Below are positions 37,280 to 47,532 of a stretch of DNA of 52,065 nucleotides, one piece after another. Each line of letters begins with the position of its first letter. Positions within the stretch are counted from its first letter, which is position 1. This DNA comes from an uncultured Clostridia bacterium (lineage in GTDB: Bacteria; Bacillota; Clostridia; Christensenellales; Borkfalkiaceae). The position numbers and the translations under genes are program-made. Below the pieces are notes generated by a model. That model did not search any database, was not told where the DNA came from, and was given only the letters and a program-made list of their open reading frames with translations. Where the stretch lies: the NCBI GenBank assembly GCA_944353935.1, contig CALVPV010000001.1, positions 1 through 52,065 on the forward strand, in the 5' to 3' direction.

Positions 37280-39088
37280 TCAGTCCTTGTTGGTCTTTAA
37301 TATCTGCATGAACACTTCGGAAGGCACTTCCACGCTGCCTATCGTGCGCATGCGCTTTTTGCCCTCTTTTTGCTTTTCCAACAGCTTCTTTTTGCGCGTG
37401 ATGTCGCCGCCGTAGCACTTTGCAAGCACGTCCTTGCGCATAGCCTTGACGGTCTCGCGCGCGATTATCTTGCCGCCTATCGCCGCCTGGACGGGGATCT
37501 CGAACAGCTGGCGAGGGATGGCGTCCTTCAGATTTTCGCAAAGCGACCTGCCGCGCGCATAGGCGGAATCTTCGTGGACGATCATCGACAGGGCGTCGCA
37601 CGCCTCGCCGTTTAAAAGAATGTCAAGTTTTACAAGTTTGCTGCGGCTGTAGCCTATGAGCTCATAGTCGAAACTTGCGTACCCGCGCGTGCGCGACTTA
37701 ACCGAATCGAAAAATTCAAATATTATCTCATTTAGCGGCATTTCATATACGAGCTGTACGCGGTTTGCGTCCAGATAGTTCATCTCTTTGAACACGCCGC
37801 GCTTTTCGCGGCAGAGATCCATTATCGGGCCGAGATAGTCGGGCGGAGAATAGATGTCCACCTTGACTATGGGCTCCTCCATATGCTCTATCTCCGCCTG
37901 CGGAGGAAGGTGCGAAGGATTGTCCACGAACAGCTCGCTGCCGTCCGTCTTTACCACCTTGTAGCTTACCGAAGGCGCGGTCGTGATTATGTCGAGGTTA
38001 AATTCGCGCTCTATGCGCTCCTGGATTATCTCCATATGAAGGAGCCCCAAAAACCCGCAGCGGAAGCCGAAGCCGAGCGCCACGGAATTGTCGGGTTCAA
38101 ATACCAGGGACGCGTCGTTGAGCTGTAACTTTATGAGCGCGTCTTTAAGGTCGCCGAATTTGCTGCCGTCCAGCGGGTAGATGCCGCAGAACACCACCGA
38201 CTGCACCTTTTTGTAGCCGGGAAGAGGTTCCTTTGCGGGAGCGTCGGCATTTATGACCGTATCGCCCACGGCGACGTCCTGTATGCTCTTTATGGACGCC
38301 GCGATATAGCCGACTTCGCCGGCGGACAGCCCGTTCTTTTCATACAGCCCGGGGGCGAAAACGCCCACTTCGGTCACTTCATACACCTTGTCGGAGCGGA
38401 AGGTCTTTATCCTGTCGCCTTTTTTTACGGAGCCGTCTTTAAGGCGCACAAAGAGAATGACGCCCTTATAGTTGTCGTAATAGCTGTCAAAGATGAGCGC
38501 TTTTAAGGGCGCATCCAGGTCGCCGTCCGGCGCGGGGAAGTATTTTACGATATCCTCCAATATCTCCTTGATGTTGACGCCCTCTTTGGCGGAGACGAGG
38601 GGCGCATAGGAGGCGTCCAGCCCTATAACGTCCTCTATCTCCTTCTTCGCCTCTTCAGGGCGCGCGGAGGGCAGGTCTATCTTGTTTATCACGGGCAATA
38701 TCTCAAGGTCGTTTTCCAGCGCAAGGTAGACGTTTGCAAGCGTCTGCGCCTCTATGCCCTGAGAGGCGTCCACGACAAGTATGGCGCCTTCGCACGCGGC
38801 GAGTGAGCGCGATACTTCGTACGTGAAGTCAACGTGCCCCGGAGTGTCTATTAGGTTGAAGACATATTCGTTGCCGTCTTCGGCGGAATAGAACATGCGG
38901 ACGGGCGTGAGCTTTATCGTTATGCCGCGTTCACGCTCTATATCCATTGAATCGAGCAGCTGATCCTCCATATCGCGGAGCGATACCTGCCCCGTGAGCT
39001 CCATTATCCTGTCTGCAAGCGTGCTCTTGCCGTGGTCGATGTGAGCTATTATGCAAAAATTTCTGATAAATTTACTCGGCTTTTTCAT
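37280..39088 (-). CDS. lepA: Elongation factor 4
   Basis: 602 aa. [28 protein letters not shown], and a C-terminal LepA-specific region. Confidence 0.97.
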   Translation of the reverse strand: MKKPSKFIRNFCIIAHIDHGKSTLADRIMELTGQVSLRDMEDQLLDSMDIERERGITIKLTPVRMFYSAEDGNEYVFNLIDTPGHVDFTYEVSRSLAACEGAILVVDASQGIEAQTLANVYLALENDLEILPVINKIDLPSARPEEAKKEIEDVIGLDASYAPLVSAKEGVNIKEILEDIVKYFPAPDGDLDAPLKALIFDSYYDNYKGVILFVRLKDGSVKKGDRIKTFRSDKVYEVTEVGVFAPGLYEKNGLSAGEVGYIAASIKSIQDVAVGDTVINADAPAKEPLPGYKKVQSVVFCGIYPLDGSKFGDLKDALIKLQLNDASLVFEPDNSVALGFGFRCGFLGLLHMEIIQERIEREFNLDIITTAPSVSYKVVKTDGSELFVDNPSHLPPQAEIEHMEEPIVKVDIYSPPDYLGPIMDLCREKRGVFKEMNYLDANRVQLVYEMPLNEIIFEFFDSVKSRTRGYASFDYELIGYSRSKLVKLDILLNGEACDALSMIVHEDSAYARGRSLCENLKDAIPRQLFEIPVQAAIGGKIIARETVKAMRKDVLAKCYGGDITRKKKLLEKQKEGKKRMRTIGSVEVPSEVFMQILKTNKD

Positions 39089-39287
39089 ACTTTAAAATAT
39101 AACAAAAAATTTAATACGCATATAATTATATAAAATCCCGGCCGATTTAGCAAGAAAAAAGCGGGCGGCTTTTTTTCTTAAATTATTTATACTTGCAAGG
39201 CGTTGTGCAGATTGACAAAAACACGTTAATAAGTTAACATATAATCATTAAGTTTACGCGGGCACGTTCCCGCGGGAGGGAGATCTT

Positions 39288-40439
39288 ATGAAGGCATACG
39301 AAATGAGCCGCGCGCAGCTCGAAGAAGAGATCGCGCGCAGGCAAAAAAGGCTGATACCGCTGAATATCGTAGTCGTGATAATTTCGCTGATAGCCGCGTT
39401 CACGATATTCTTTGCGCCGCTGATCACCGTCGACCTTTCCAAATCGGGGCCGCTGATGGACGAAATGGCATCGCAGAGCGGGCAGGCAGGCGAAGAGACG
39501 ACGGATAACATGCTCGCCGTATTGGAGGATTCGGGCATAAAGATAGACGTGACGACGTCGTGGCTGCTCGGCACGGCATTTTCCGAAGACCCGTCCGCAG
39601 AGATAATTTCAATGGCGGCGGACATAGTGAGGGAAAACGAGGACGCACTTATCACCGAAGTGGCGCTGCCGATGCTCGTGGATTCGCTTAAAGAAGAGGG
39701 AAACGACATACCCGAAATAAAAGACCCGCAGGCGATTTTAAACAAGATAAGGGCGCTGGAGAGCGCGCAGCCTTCACAGGTGGACGAAGCGATAGACGAC
39801 GCGCTTTTGGAAGTTCAGAGCCAGCTGGGGAAGGACTTCCTGCCCGACGAATCGCTTGACGAAGCCGCGCAGAAAGTGCGCGAAATATATGACGATACCG
39901 TGCAGAACAACGACGGGGCATTTACGCTTGAAGCTTGCGTATGCGTCACGTTCTCGACCATGAACAGCGAAGAAGGCCAGAGCGGCGAGATATACACATC
40001 CTACGACGAACTTATAGACGGCATGCTCTCCGAGCAGGGTGAAGACTTTGCAAACACGATAGACCAGGCAGCCCCCTACCTTAAGATAGTTGCCGGCGCA
40101 ATGATATTTTTTGCCGCGGTGTGGGTGATACTTGCGCTGTTTGCGCTTTTAAGGATATTCACCAAAAACAAGCGCTTTACGATGTGGTACGTAAAGCTCT
40201 TCGGTTGCTATCCCTGCATCCTGTTCTGGCTCGCCCCGCTGCTGGCAAACACCCTGGCGCCCGCAGTTGCCGCGGAAGCCGCGGGCACGGTGACCGCAGC
40301 GCTGGCGATGATCTCTTCAACGGCATGGATAGGCGGGCTTTGCTACCTGCTGTTGTGGGCAATATCCATATTCTGGGCATTCCCCATAAAGCGCGGGATA
40401 AGAAAGTGCAAAAAACAATTAAAGACCGTGGGTGCGTGA
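39288..40439 (+). CDS. Hypothetical multi-pass membrane protein with an acidic extracytoplasmic segment
   Basis: 383 aa. GGAGGGAG SD. One N-terminal TM, an acidic region of about 200 aa, and about 4 C-terminal TMs. No family recognised. Confidence 0.6.
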   Translation: MKAYEMSRAQLEEEIARRQKRLIPLNIVVVIISLIAAFTIFFAPLITVDLSKSGPLMDEMASQSGQAGEETTDNMLAVLEDSGIKIDVTTSWLLGTAFSEDPSAEIISMAADIVRENEDALITEVALPMLVDSLKEEGNDIPEIKDPQAILNKIRALESAQPSQVDEAIDDALLEVQSQLGKDFLPDESLDEAAQKVREIYDDTVQNNDGAFTLEACVCVTFSTMNSEEGQSGEIYTSYDELIDGMLSEQGEDFANTIDQAAPYLKIVAGAMIFFAAVWVILALFALLRIFTKNKRFTMWYVKLFGCYPCILFWLAPLLANTLAPAVAAEAAGTVTAALAMISSTAWIGGLCYLLLWAISIFWAFPIKRGIRKCKKQLKTVGA

Positions 40440-40448
40440 CACCCGGCT

Positions 40449-40487
40449 AAAAAACGGTGCGGCAAAATTTGCCGCACCGTTTTTTTC
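40449..40487. terminator. Bidirectional terminator between convergent genes
   Basis: AAAAAACGGTGCGGCAAAATTTGCCGCACCGTTTTTTT. Confidence 0.75.
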
Positions 40488-40509
40488 GTTTGTTTCAAAT
40501 CGGAAATTT

Positions 40510-41649
40510 TTAAACTTTGAGCCCCCAGCAACGGCGGCGCTTGATGAGCTTGGGATCCCAGCTCTTCCAAAGCTGTTGTATGTTGCTGTTTTCTTCCAGC
40601 TCAGGGCCCGTTTCAAGGTACTTGACGCCGAGCTTTATCAGCCCTTCGAGGCAGTGATCGATGACTATGGAGACCGCGCCCGTATTGGCGTACTTTGCGG
40701 TCACGCCTACGCTCATCATATCCGCCCTTTCTATATGCGTCATCGCCCTTATGAATGCAGGCAGGCCGAAAGGTATCACGTGCCCCCTGCCCTTGCGCAT
40801 CGCCTCGCTTATGCGGGGCATCATAAAGCCGTAGACAACAACGTCGTCGTTTTCATCCACGACAGCGCAGGAAAGTTCGGGAACATACACCTGCTTTATC
40901 GATTCGAGCTCCCTCGCCTTCTGCTTATCGTTTATGGGGCTCGTACCGAACAGGTGGGCAAACGCTTCGTCCAGCACGGTCAGGCACTTCATTCCGTATT
41001 CGTCGAACTTTTTCCTGTCGTGCTTGTAAAGGTATGCAAGATCCACCACCTTGAGATTGTGCTTTTTCTTTATCGTCTCCGCAAGGTTTTTTACGCGCAT
41101 ATCCTGTTCGGCGGGCACCTTTATCTCATAACTCGTCCAGTCCACCACCTTGTACGCGCCGAGCTTTTCCATATGCTCCACATAGTACGGGAAGTTGTAA
41201 AGTTCTATGTAAGACGCCTCCTTGTCGAACCCGTCCACGAGCATGCCCTCTTCATTGAGGTCGGAAAAGCTGATGGGGCCTATGATCTCCTCCATCCCGA
41301 GCTCCTTTGCCCAGGCAAAGAGCTTTGAAAATAGCGCCTTGGTGACTTCAAAGTCATCGATGACGTCGAACCTTGTAAAACGCAGCTCGTTTTTGCCGAA
41401 TTTTTCATTGGCGCCACGGTGCCAGATGCCGGCTATCCTGCCCGCTATCTTGCCGTCCTTGTACGCAAGGAACATGCGGCAGTCCGCAAAGCGGAACGCG
41501 TCGTTTACGGCGGGGTCGAACTCCGCAAATTCGTCAAAGTAAAAATTGGGGGCAGCGTACTTGTTGCCCTTATACAGATCTATCAAAAATTTAAAAAATT
41601 TCTTCTTTCCCTTTTTATCGCTTAAACTTATTTCCTTTACTTCTATCAT
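40510..41649 (-). CDS. Uncharacterised protein, possibly a double GNAT-like acyltransferase fold
   Basis: I prefer the ATG at 41649 (MIEVKEISL..). The patterns FLAYKDGKIAGRIAGI and VGVTAKYANTGAVSIV resemble GNAT strands and motif A. The assignment is weak. Confidence 0.35.
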   Translation of the reverse strand: MIEVKEISLSDKKGKKKFFKFLIDLYKGNKYAAPNFYFDEFAEFDPAVNDAFRFADCRMFLAYKDGKIAGRIAGIWHRGANEKFGKNELRFTRFDVIDDFEVTKALFSKLFAWAKELGMEEIIGPISFSDLNEEGMLVDGFDKEASYIELYNFPYYVEHMEKLGAYKVVDWTSYEIKVPAEQDMRVKNLAETIKKKHNLKVVDLAYLYKHDRKKFDEYGMKCLTVLDEAFAHLFGTSPINDKQKARELESIKQVYVPELSCAVVDENDDVVVYGFMMPRISEAMRKGRGHVIPFGLPAFIRAMTHIERADMMSVGVTAKYANTGAVSIVIDHCLEGLIKLGVKYLETGPELEENSNIQQLWKSWDPKLIKRRRCWGLKV

Positions 41650-41781
41650 ATTTTTCTCCGTTTTTAAGCCGCCTGCAAGCGGCCTCATTGTGCCGCAGCG
41701 GCACAAAATCATCATAAAACCAAAATGCCCTTAAAATCAACGTGCGCGGGCAGGGCCGCCCTTGAGCGCAATTATGGTACT

Positions 41782-41810
41782 ATTTTAACATTGCACGGCT
41801 GATTTGTCAA
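41782..41810 (-). promoter_or_regulatory. Predicted promoter
   Basis: Minus strand reads TTGACA-17 nt-TAAAAT, about 130 nt upstream of the ATG at 41649. Confidence 0.45.
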
Positions 41811-41849
41811 TACAATTGTCATATAAAAATATTACAAGCGATATGCCCG

Positions 41850-41885
41850 CCAAAATAAAAACCGCGGCGATATTCATGCCGCGGA
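41850..41885 (-). terminator. Intrinsic terminator after the mreB-like gene
   Basis: Minus strand reads CCGCGGCA..TCGCCGCGG followed by TTTTTATTTT. Confidence 0.65.
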
Positions 41886-41890
41886 AAAAC

Positions 41891-42901
41891 TTAGTCCTGT
41901 GTTGCAACTTTTTTTGTGAAATAGTCGTTGGATATGATCATCCCCGCGCCTATGACCGAAGCGAGCTGAGGTTCATCGAACGTATTTGCGGTGATGTTGA
42001 GCTTGGAAGAAAAATAGTCGGCAATGCCGTCCATTTTGCACAGCCCGCCCGAAAGATATATGCCGCTGTGCATGACCGCGGAGGCAACTTCTGCGGGGAG
42101 CGAAGATATCATGAGCACGATATACTCTATTATTTTATCGATATACAGCGTGAGCACGTCGTATATCTGCGACGTCGTCACCGCAACTGACGCGGGCGCG
42201 CCCGAAGAGGCGTCCCTGCCGTCCACCACCATCAGCTTATTGTCGTCCGCAAGCAAGCTGCCCACGGTGTTTTTGATGCGTTCCGCGGTGAGCGCGCCTA
42301 TGCGGAGGTTGTGGTTTTCCGCCATGATATCCATGAGGTGCACGTCTATATTGCCGCCGCCGAGGTTGAGGCTCATGCCCGATATCACCCCGTCGAGCGA
42401 AAACGCCGCAATGTTGGTAAGGCCGTAACCTATATCCACGCTGAATACCGGCGTAGATTCGCTGAGCGGCACGTTATGGCCGAGAACGGCGGCAAAGGGC
42501 GCCTGGGTAAAATACACCTTGCCTATATTGCATTCGTCCGCAAGGGCAAAATATTTGCGCTTTAAGTCGGGCTTGGCGCCGCAGGGGAGCACGAACAGCA
42601 CCTCCGTTTTGCGGGCACGGCGAAAAGTTATCTCTATCTTTTCAAGGAAGTAGCGCAAAAGGTCGGCAACTATATCTTCGTGGATGATGTCGCCGTCCAC
42701 CACGGGATTTATTATGTGAGTGTTTTTTGCGGCACGCCCCGATAGGGCACGCGCCTTTTCCCCGAGGAATTTTACGGTGTACCTACCCGAACCGGGGAGC
42801 TGTTCTATAGCGGCGCACGTCGCTTCCGCAAGCACAACGCCGCACCCCGATTTATATATCTTGGTCACCCATGAACCCAAATCAATAGCAAGTTTTATCA
42901 T
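41891..42901 (-). CDS. MreB/Mbl-family actin-like protein (divergent)
   Basis: 336 aa. KLAIDLGSWVTKIY, VVLAEATCAAI, VDIGYGLTNIA and LNLGGGNID are actin-fold phosphate and adenosine motifs. ATGA overlap with maf. No mreC/mreD follows. Confidence 0.8.
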   Translation of the reverse strand: MIKLAIDLGSWVTKIYKSGCGVVLAEATCAAIEQLPGSGRYTVKFLGEKARALSGRAAKNTHIINPVVDGDIIHEDIVADLLRYFLEKIEITFRRARKTEVLFVLPCGAKPDLKRKYFALADECNIGKVYFTQAPFAAVLGHNVPLSESTPVFSVDIGYGLTNIAAFSLDGVISGMSLNLGGGNIDVHLMDIMAENHNLRIGALTAERIKNTVGSLLADDNKLMVVDGRDASSGAPASVAVTTSQIYDVLTLYIDKIIEYIVLMISSLPAEVASAVMHSGIYLSGGLCKMDGIADYFSSKLNITANTFDEPQLASVIGAGMIISNDYFTKKVATQD

Positions 42902-43455
42902 ATATCTTCCCGTACTTCTTTAAGCATTTTCCTGACGAGCGCCACCGGCAGCCCGACCACGTTTGTGTAGCTGCCGAAATATTGTTTTACGAGCCCGCCG
43001 TCCTGTATGCCGTAGCTGCCCGCCTTGTCCATCGGCGAACCGCCGGCAACGTAATTTTTTATAAATTCGTCCGAAAGGACGTTGAATTTTACTTCGGTCT
43101 TGTCATAGCGCACAAGTTTTTTGTACTTGTTGCGCACGCATACCCCCGTTATGACAAAGTGCGTCCTGCCGGAGAGCAGTTTGAGCGTTTCCACGGCGTC
43201 CGCTTTGTCCTTAGGCTTGCCGAGTATCTCGCCGCGGAACACGACTATCGTATCGCACCCTATCACGGTGCTGCCAGAATGGCGGGAAAACACTTCGTCG
43301 CACTTGCGCTCCGCAAGGGCGCAGGCAATGTCTTCGGGGAAGAACGATATGTTCACTTCTTCCCCGCCGACGGCGGGATCGACAATAAAATCATTAAGAA
43401 TTTGCGAAAGCAATTCCCTGCGGCGAGGGGATGCGCTTGCCAGAACGTATTGCAT
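42898..43455 (-). CDS. maf: Maf-family nucleoside triphosphate pyrophosphatase
   Basis: 185 aa. MQYVLASASPRRRELL, VIGCDTIV and DKAGSYGIQ. Confidence 0.92.
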   Translation of the reverse strand: MQYVLASASPRRRELLSQILNDFIVDPAVGGEEVNISFFPEDIACALAERKCDEVFSRHSGSTVIGCDTIVVFRGEILGKPKDKADAVETLKLLSGRTHFVITGVCVRNKYKKLVRYDKTEVKFNVLSDEFIKNYVAGGSPMDKAGSYGIQDGGLVKQYFGSYTNVVGLPVALVRKMLKEVREDI

Positions 43456-43522
43456 GAGTCTGCCTTATATAAGTAATGCCGCTTTTGCGGCGGCATTGCA
43501 TTCCGCAACAAAATGTCGCGGG

Positions 43523-45037
43523 TCAAAGGATTTCAAGGTTTTTGTGGAACGACTTCCTGAATTCCGCCCCGGATGCCATCGCATCACGGATCTCAAGGGC
43601 GGCGTCGCCCTCTACCTCCGTCTTCATTATGACGGAATCGCCCAAAATATCGCAGTTGATGCCCTTGATGCAGCCCGACATGCTCCTGTCGAGGCTCTCC
43701 GCTATGCGGAGCATAACGCCGAGGCGCCTGACTATCTCTATATCCTCTTCACGGAGGATGTCCTTAAAGCGCGCCCAGTCAAGGGGATTGATGTCCTCCT
43801 TTTTATGGCAGCACGCGGTGAACGCGGCAAGGACTATCTCCCTGTGGGTGACGCCGTAGAGGTTGGCGTTGAGTATCATATACCAGCTGTGGCGCTGATG
43901 GTTGTAGTATTTGATGCGCATCCCGCAGTCGTGCAAGGTAGCCGCGACTTTGAGCACTTTGAGGTACTGGCGGGGGAACTTATGCAGGACGCGGAGCTGT
44001 TTAAACAGCTGTATGCTGAGGTTGACGACATGTTCTACATGCTTTTCGTCGCAGCCGTACCACTTTACGAGCGTCGTGAGGGAATATGTGAGCACGTCCG
44101 AAACAGGCTTTTCCAAAGTGGAAGGGAGCGCCTGATTGAACATTATGCCCTCCCTTAAACCGGCGCCGGATATAGTGAAATTTTCCGCATGGATATACGT
44201 CACGAACGACTTGATGACGGCAAGCGCCGCGGGAAGGATGTCCGCGCGCTGGGCGGACAGCCCCTTGATCTTTTTCTTTTTGTCAAGGTCGAGCACCTTT
44301 ATCATATCGTAAAGGGGCAGGAAGTCCTCCGTGAGCATGTTGTAATTGTGAACGGTATCCAGCGGATACTTGTGCACCATTTTGTTTATCTTGAACAGGT
44401 TCCTGAACGAGCCGCCAACGCCTATCATCTGCACGTCGGGATCCACTTCGGTGAGCCACTCCACGCCCTTGAGCTGTTCGGTTATGAACTCTTCTATCTT
44501 GTTTGCCTGCTCTTCCGGCTTGAGCCCGTCCTGAGCGAACAGGTCGGTGAGCGTAACGGAGCCGAAAGGCAGCGTGGCATAGTTGAGCATGTTGCGCCTG
44601 TTGTAGTAGACGATCTTTGTGGAACCGCCGCCTATTTCAAGGATGAGCCCCTTGGGGATATCCATGGTGTTTATTACGCCGCGGTATACCAAAGTTGCCT
44701 CCTCTTCCGCGGTGAGCACCTTGATCTTTATGCCGCAGTTTGCCTGGATCTCGTCTAAAAAGCTGCGCTGGTTCTTTGCCTTGCGCACCGCTTCCGTGGC
44801 GACGGTGATTATCCTGCTGACGCCGCTCGCATCGCAGAGCTTGCGGAACATTTTAAGCGTTTTTATGGTTTCCACAACGCGCTGCGGCTTTAAAAATCCG
44901 TCGCGCTCCATATCCTGCCCGAGGCGGACACTCTCTTTAAGCTCGTCCACCACCATGAAATAACCTTCCTGAAAAAGGTTTACGATGACAAGCCTGGCTG
45001 AATTGGATCCTAAATCAATAATTCCTATCTTTTCCAA
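43523..45037 (-). CDS. ppx: Ppx/GppA-family exopolyphosphatase with a C-terminal HD domain
   Basis: 504 aa. IGIIDLGSNSARLV, LEIGGGSTK and an HD region ATLHDCG. TTG start with AGGAGTG SD. Confidence 0.88.
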   Translation of the reverse strand: MEKIGIIDLGSNSARLVIVNLFQEGYFMVVDELKESVRLGQDMERDGFLKPQRVVETIKTLKMFRKLCDASGVSRIITVATEAVRKAKNQRSFLDEIQANCGIKIKVLTAEEEATLVYRGVINTMDIPKGLILEIGGGSTKIVYYNRRNMLNYATLPFGSVTLTDLFAQDGLKPEEQANKIEEFITEQLKGVEWLTEVDPDVQMIGVGGSFRNLFKINKMVHKYPLDTVHNYNMLTEDFLPLYDMIKVLDLDKKKKIKGLSAQRADILPAALAVIKSFVTYIHAENFTISGAGLREGIMFNQALPSTLEKPVSDVLTYSLTTLVKWYGCDEKHVEHVVNLSIQLFKQLRVLHKFPRQYLKVLKVAATLHDCGMRIKYYNHQRHSWYMILNANLYGVTHREIVLAAFTACCHKKEDINPLDWARFKDILREEDIEIVRRLGVMLRIAESLDRSMSGCIKGINCDILGDSVIMKTEVEGDAALEIRDAMASGAEFRKSFHKNLEIL

Positions 45038-45149
45038 AACAAATCACTCCTAAACTCGATTAACCGCACGCATTGCCAGACGAGTTTCATTGTTTTCTCA
45101 TTGCACATGAGTACAGGTAACTTAATTACTATAGATTTGCGGACGGCTG

Positions 45150-45187
45150 AAAGCAAACAAAAAGCGCCGCAAGAATTGTTCGCGGCC
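45150..45187 (-). terminator. Intrinsic-terminator-like hairpin inside the long ppx leader
   Basis: Minus strand reads GCCGCGAACAATTCTTGCGGC followed by GCTTTTTGTTTGC. Confidence 0.45.
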
Positions 45188-45255
45188 CAACTGAAAATCG
45201 CACACGATCTTTATCGCATATCCGCATTTTTTTTACAGTCATCCAAACTATGAAA

Positions 45256-45264
45256 ATTATACCA
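45256..45264 (-). promoter_or_regulatory. Extended -10 element (TGGTATAAT)
   Basis: Minus strand reads TGGTATAAT, about 220 nt upstream of the ppx start and about 70-100 nt upstream of the leader hairpin. Confidence 0.4.
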
Positions 45265-45405
45265 TAATACTTTATTTTTGTATAGATTTTTTCAATAAAT
45301 TTGTGCAGGTTGCACATAAAAAAAGTGATAAAAAACACGATTTGAACGAACTTATCAGCACCCGCTGCAGTTCGTGACAAATAATCGACGTTTTGTGGCA
45401 GGGCG

Positions 45406-46218
45406 TCAGCCGCCGGGAGCGACGAGATCCTTTATCCTGGCGCCCGTGAGGGGGCAGAAAAAGTCGGGCGCTATCTCTTTGAGCGGCTCTAAAACGAATG
45501 CCCTGCGGGAGTATTCCGGGTGAGGGACGGTAAGCCCGTCTTCGCAGATGACCTGCCTGCCGTAAAAGATGATGTCTATATCCAGCGTCCTGTCGTCCCA
45601 GCGGAGCGAGCGGCTGCGTTCGCCCGCCTCCTCTATGCGGTGTATCTCGTTTAAAAGGGCGCGCGGCGGGAGATAGGTGTCTACGGCGACGCAGGCATTC
45701 AAAAACATGTTCTTTGCGACGCCGCCGTAGGGCGCGCTCTCTGTATAAGACGACACCTTTTTTACCGTTATTCCACGCGTCGACGCGAGTTCCTTTACTG
45801 CAAAATCGAGGTATGCCTTTCTGTCGCCCATGCTTGAACCGAGCGAGAGATACGCCCTTTCGCGCCGGAGAAAAACTTCTGCCGACATCGTTTTGAATTT
45901 GGCCTTGACGGGGGCCTGGGGCTTATCCACGCGCAGGCGGACGGAGCGCGCCGAAGGGAAATTTTCAAGTATAGCCTGCGCGCAGCGGCAGGCGAGCGTC
46001 TCTATGAGGTTGAACACATTGCCCGTCGCAACAGCCGTTATCAGCTTGCACGCGGTGGAGTAATTGACGGTCTGCGAGATCTCGTCGTTTTTCGCCGCTT
46101 CGTAAAAATCGCAGTCGATCTCTGCGGAAAATACAAAGCGCTTGGGCTGTTTCTTTTCAAAATCGTTCACACCGTGACACGTCTTTATGCAAAGTTTTTT
46201 AATGAACACCTTGCCCAT
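45406..46218 (-). CDS. folK: Bifunctional dihydroneopterin aldolase / HPPK (FolB-FolK fusion)
   Basis: The N-terminal half is FolB-like (IKTCHGVNDFEKKQPKRFVFSAEIDCDF). The C-terminal half is HPPK-like (AYLSLGSSMGDR, RWDDRTLDIDIIFYG, PHPEYSRRAFVLEPL). Perfect AAGGAGG SD. Confidence 0.88.
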   Translation of the reverse strand: MGKVFIKKLCIKTCHGVNDFEKKQPKRFVFSAEIDCDFYEAAKNDEISQTVNYSTACKLITAVATGNVFNLIETLACRCAQAILENFPSARSVRLRVDKPQAPVKAKFKTMSAEVFLRRERAYLSLGSSMGDRKAYLDFAVKELASTRGITVKKVSSYTESAPYGGVAKNMFLNACVAVDTYLPPRALLNEIHRIEEAGERSRSLRWDDRTLDIDIIFYGRQVICEDGLTVPHPEYSRRAFVLEPLKEIAPDFFCPLTGARIKDLVAPGG

Positions 46219-46990
46219 TGAAAGCCTCCTTTTTTATAGCCTCTACGTTTTCCTTTACGTCGTGCACCCTTACGAACATTATGCCTTTTTTTACCGCCGA
46301 CGCCGTCGCGCGCACGGTGGGAGCAAGGCGGTCGCGCACGTCCCCGCCGAAGAGCGACTTGCGGCTCACGCCTAAGAGCAGCGGATAGCCGAGGCGGGAC
46401 AGCCTTTCATACCCGCCGAGCAGTTCAAGATTCTGCTGCCTGCTCTTTGCGAACCCGATTCCGCCGTCAAGGCATATCCTGTCCTTGCATATGCCTGCAG
46501 AAATTGCAATATCCAGCGATTTTTTTAAAAAATCTTCTATTGACCCCCATATATCACCCGACAAAGGCGTATGACTGTTGTGCATTATACACACCGAAGC
46601 GCCGTAAGAAGCTATGACGTCAGCCATATCGGCATCGTGAGTCAATCCCCAGACGTCGTTTATCATGTCGGCGCCCTCGCCGAGCGCCGCGCGGGCGCTT
46701 TCGGAAAAATAGGTATCGATAGATACGGGCACGGAGAAATGCTTTTTTATCAGGCGCAGCGGCTGCAGAAAACGTGATATCTCTTCCGCGGCGGAAACTT
46801 CCCTGTACCCCGGGCGCGTAGACTGCGCGCCTATGTCTATCACCTCGGCGCCGTCCTCCACCGCCCTTTCCACGGCGGAGAGCACGGTGTATTCCGTCTG
46901 CCTGCTGCCTTCCCAAAAGCTGTCCGGCGTGAGGTTGACGATCGCCATCACGTGCGTGCCGCACGTAAATTCTTTACTTCCTATCTTCAT
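46199..46990 (-). CDS. folP: Dihydropteroate synthase
   Basis: I prefer the ATG at 46990, which overlaps the folE TGA (ATGA). Motifs: VMAIVNLTPDSFWEGS, DIGAQSTRPG and GIGFAKS. Confidence 0.9.
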   Translation of the reverse strand: MKIGSKEFTCGTHVMAIVNLTPDSFWEGSRQTEYTVLSAVERAVEDGAEVIDIGAQSTRPGYREVSAAEEISRFLQPLRLIKKHFSVPVSIDTYFSESARAALGEGADMINDVWGLTHDADMADVIASYGASVCIMHNSHTPLSGDIWGSIEDFLKKSLDIAISAGICKDRICLDGGIGFAKSRQQNLELLGGYERLSRLGYPLLLGVSRKSLFGGDVRDRLAPTVRATASAVKKGIMFVRVHDVKENVEAIKKEAFNGQGVH

Positions 46991-47532
46991 TTTAAAAGCG
47001 CTATGACCTCCGCCACCCTCTCCTGCGGGAATTGACCGGCAGTCGCGTACGTCACCGTCTTGGAGCCGAACTTTTTGACCCCCCTGCACGTCATGCAGGT
47101 GTGCTCCGCTTCACAGATGACAAGCACTCCGCGCGCACCGAGGCAGGTATAGACCGCCCGTGCCACCTGCGATGTGAGCTGTTCCTGCAACTGCAGGCGC
47201 CTTGCGAACACCTCTACCGTGCGCGCGAGCTTGGACAGCCCCGCCACCTTTTTATCCGGCAGGTACGCTATGGCTATCTTGCCGAAAAAGGGCATCAGGT
47301 GATGTTCGCACATAGAGGAAAAGGCGATATCCTTTTCTATGACTATATCGCCCGACTGCACGCCGAACGTCTTGGAAAGGTGTTTTGACGCATCGTCGCC
47401 GTTGCCGCACAAAAGTTCGGCATACATGTCGGCGACGCGCGCCGGGGTATCCCTGAGCCCCTCCCTTGTTATGTCTTCGCCCACGGCTTCAAGAAAATCC
47501 GCCACGGCTTTTATAGCCCTTTCCCTATCCAT
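46987..47532 (-). CDS. folE: GTP cyclohydrolase I
   Basis: I prefer the ATG at 47532 (AAGGAGG SD). Motifs: GLRDTPARVADMY, FSSMCEHHLMPF and CMTCRG. Confidence 0.92.
   Translation of the reverse strand: MDRERAIKAVADFLEAVGEDITREGLRDTPARVADMYAELLCGNGDDASKHLSKTFGVQSGDIVIEKDIAFSSMCEHHLMPFFGKIAIAYLPDKKVAGLSKLARTVEVFARRLQLQEQLTSQVARAVYTCLGARGVLVICEAEHTCMTCRGVKKFGSKTVTYATAGQFPQERVAEVIALLK

Noticed and set aside
45129-45380. 83-aa minus-strand ORF between folB/K and ppx
   Set aside because: It is AT-rich, spans the predicted promoter and the leader hairpin, has no SD, and its composition is typical of an intergenic ORF.
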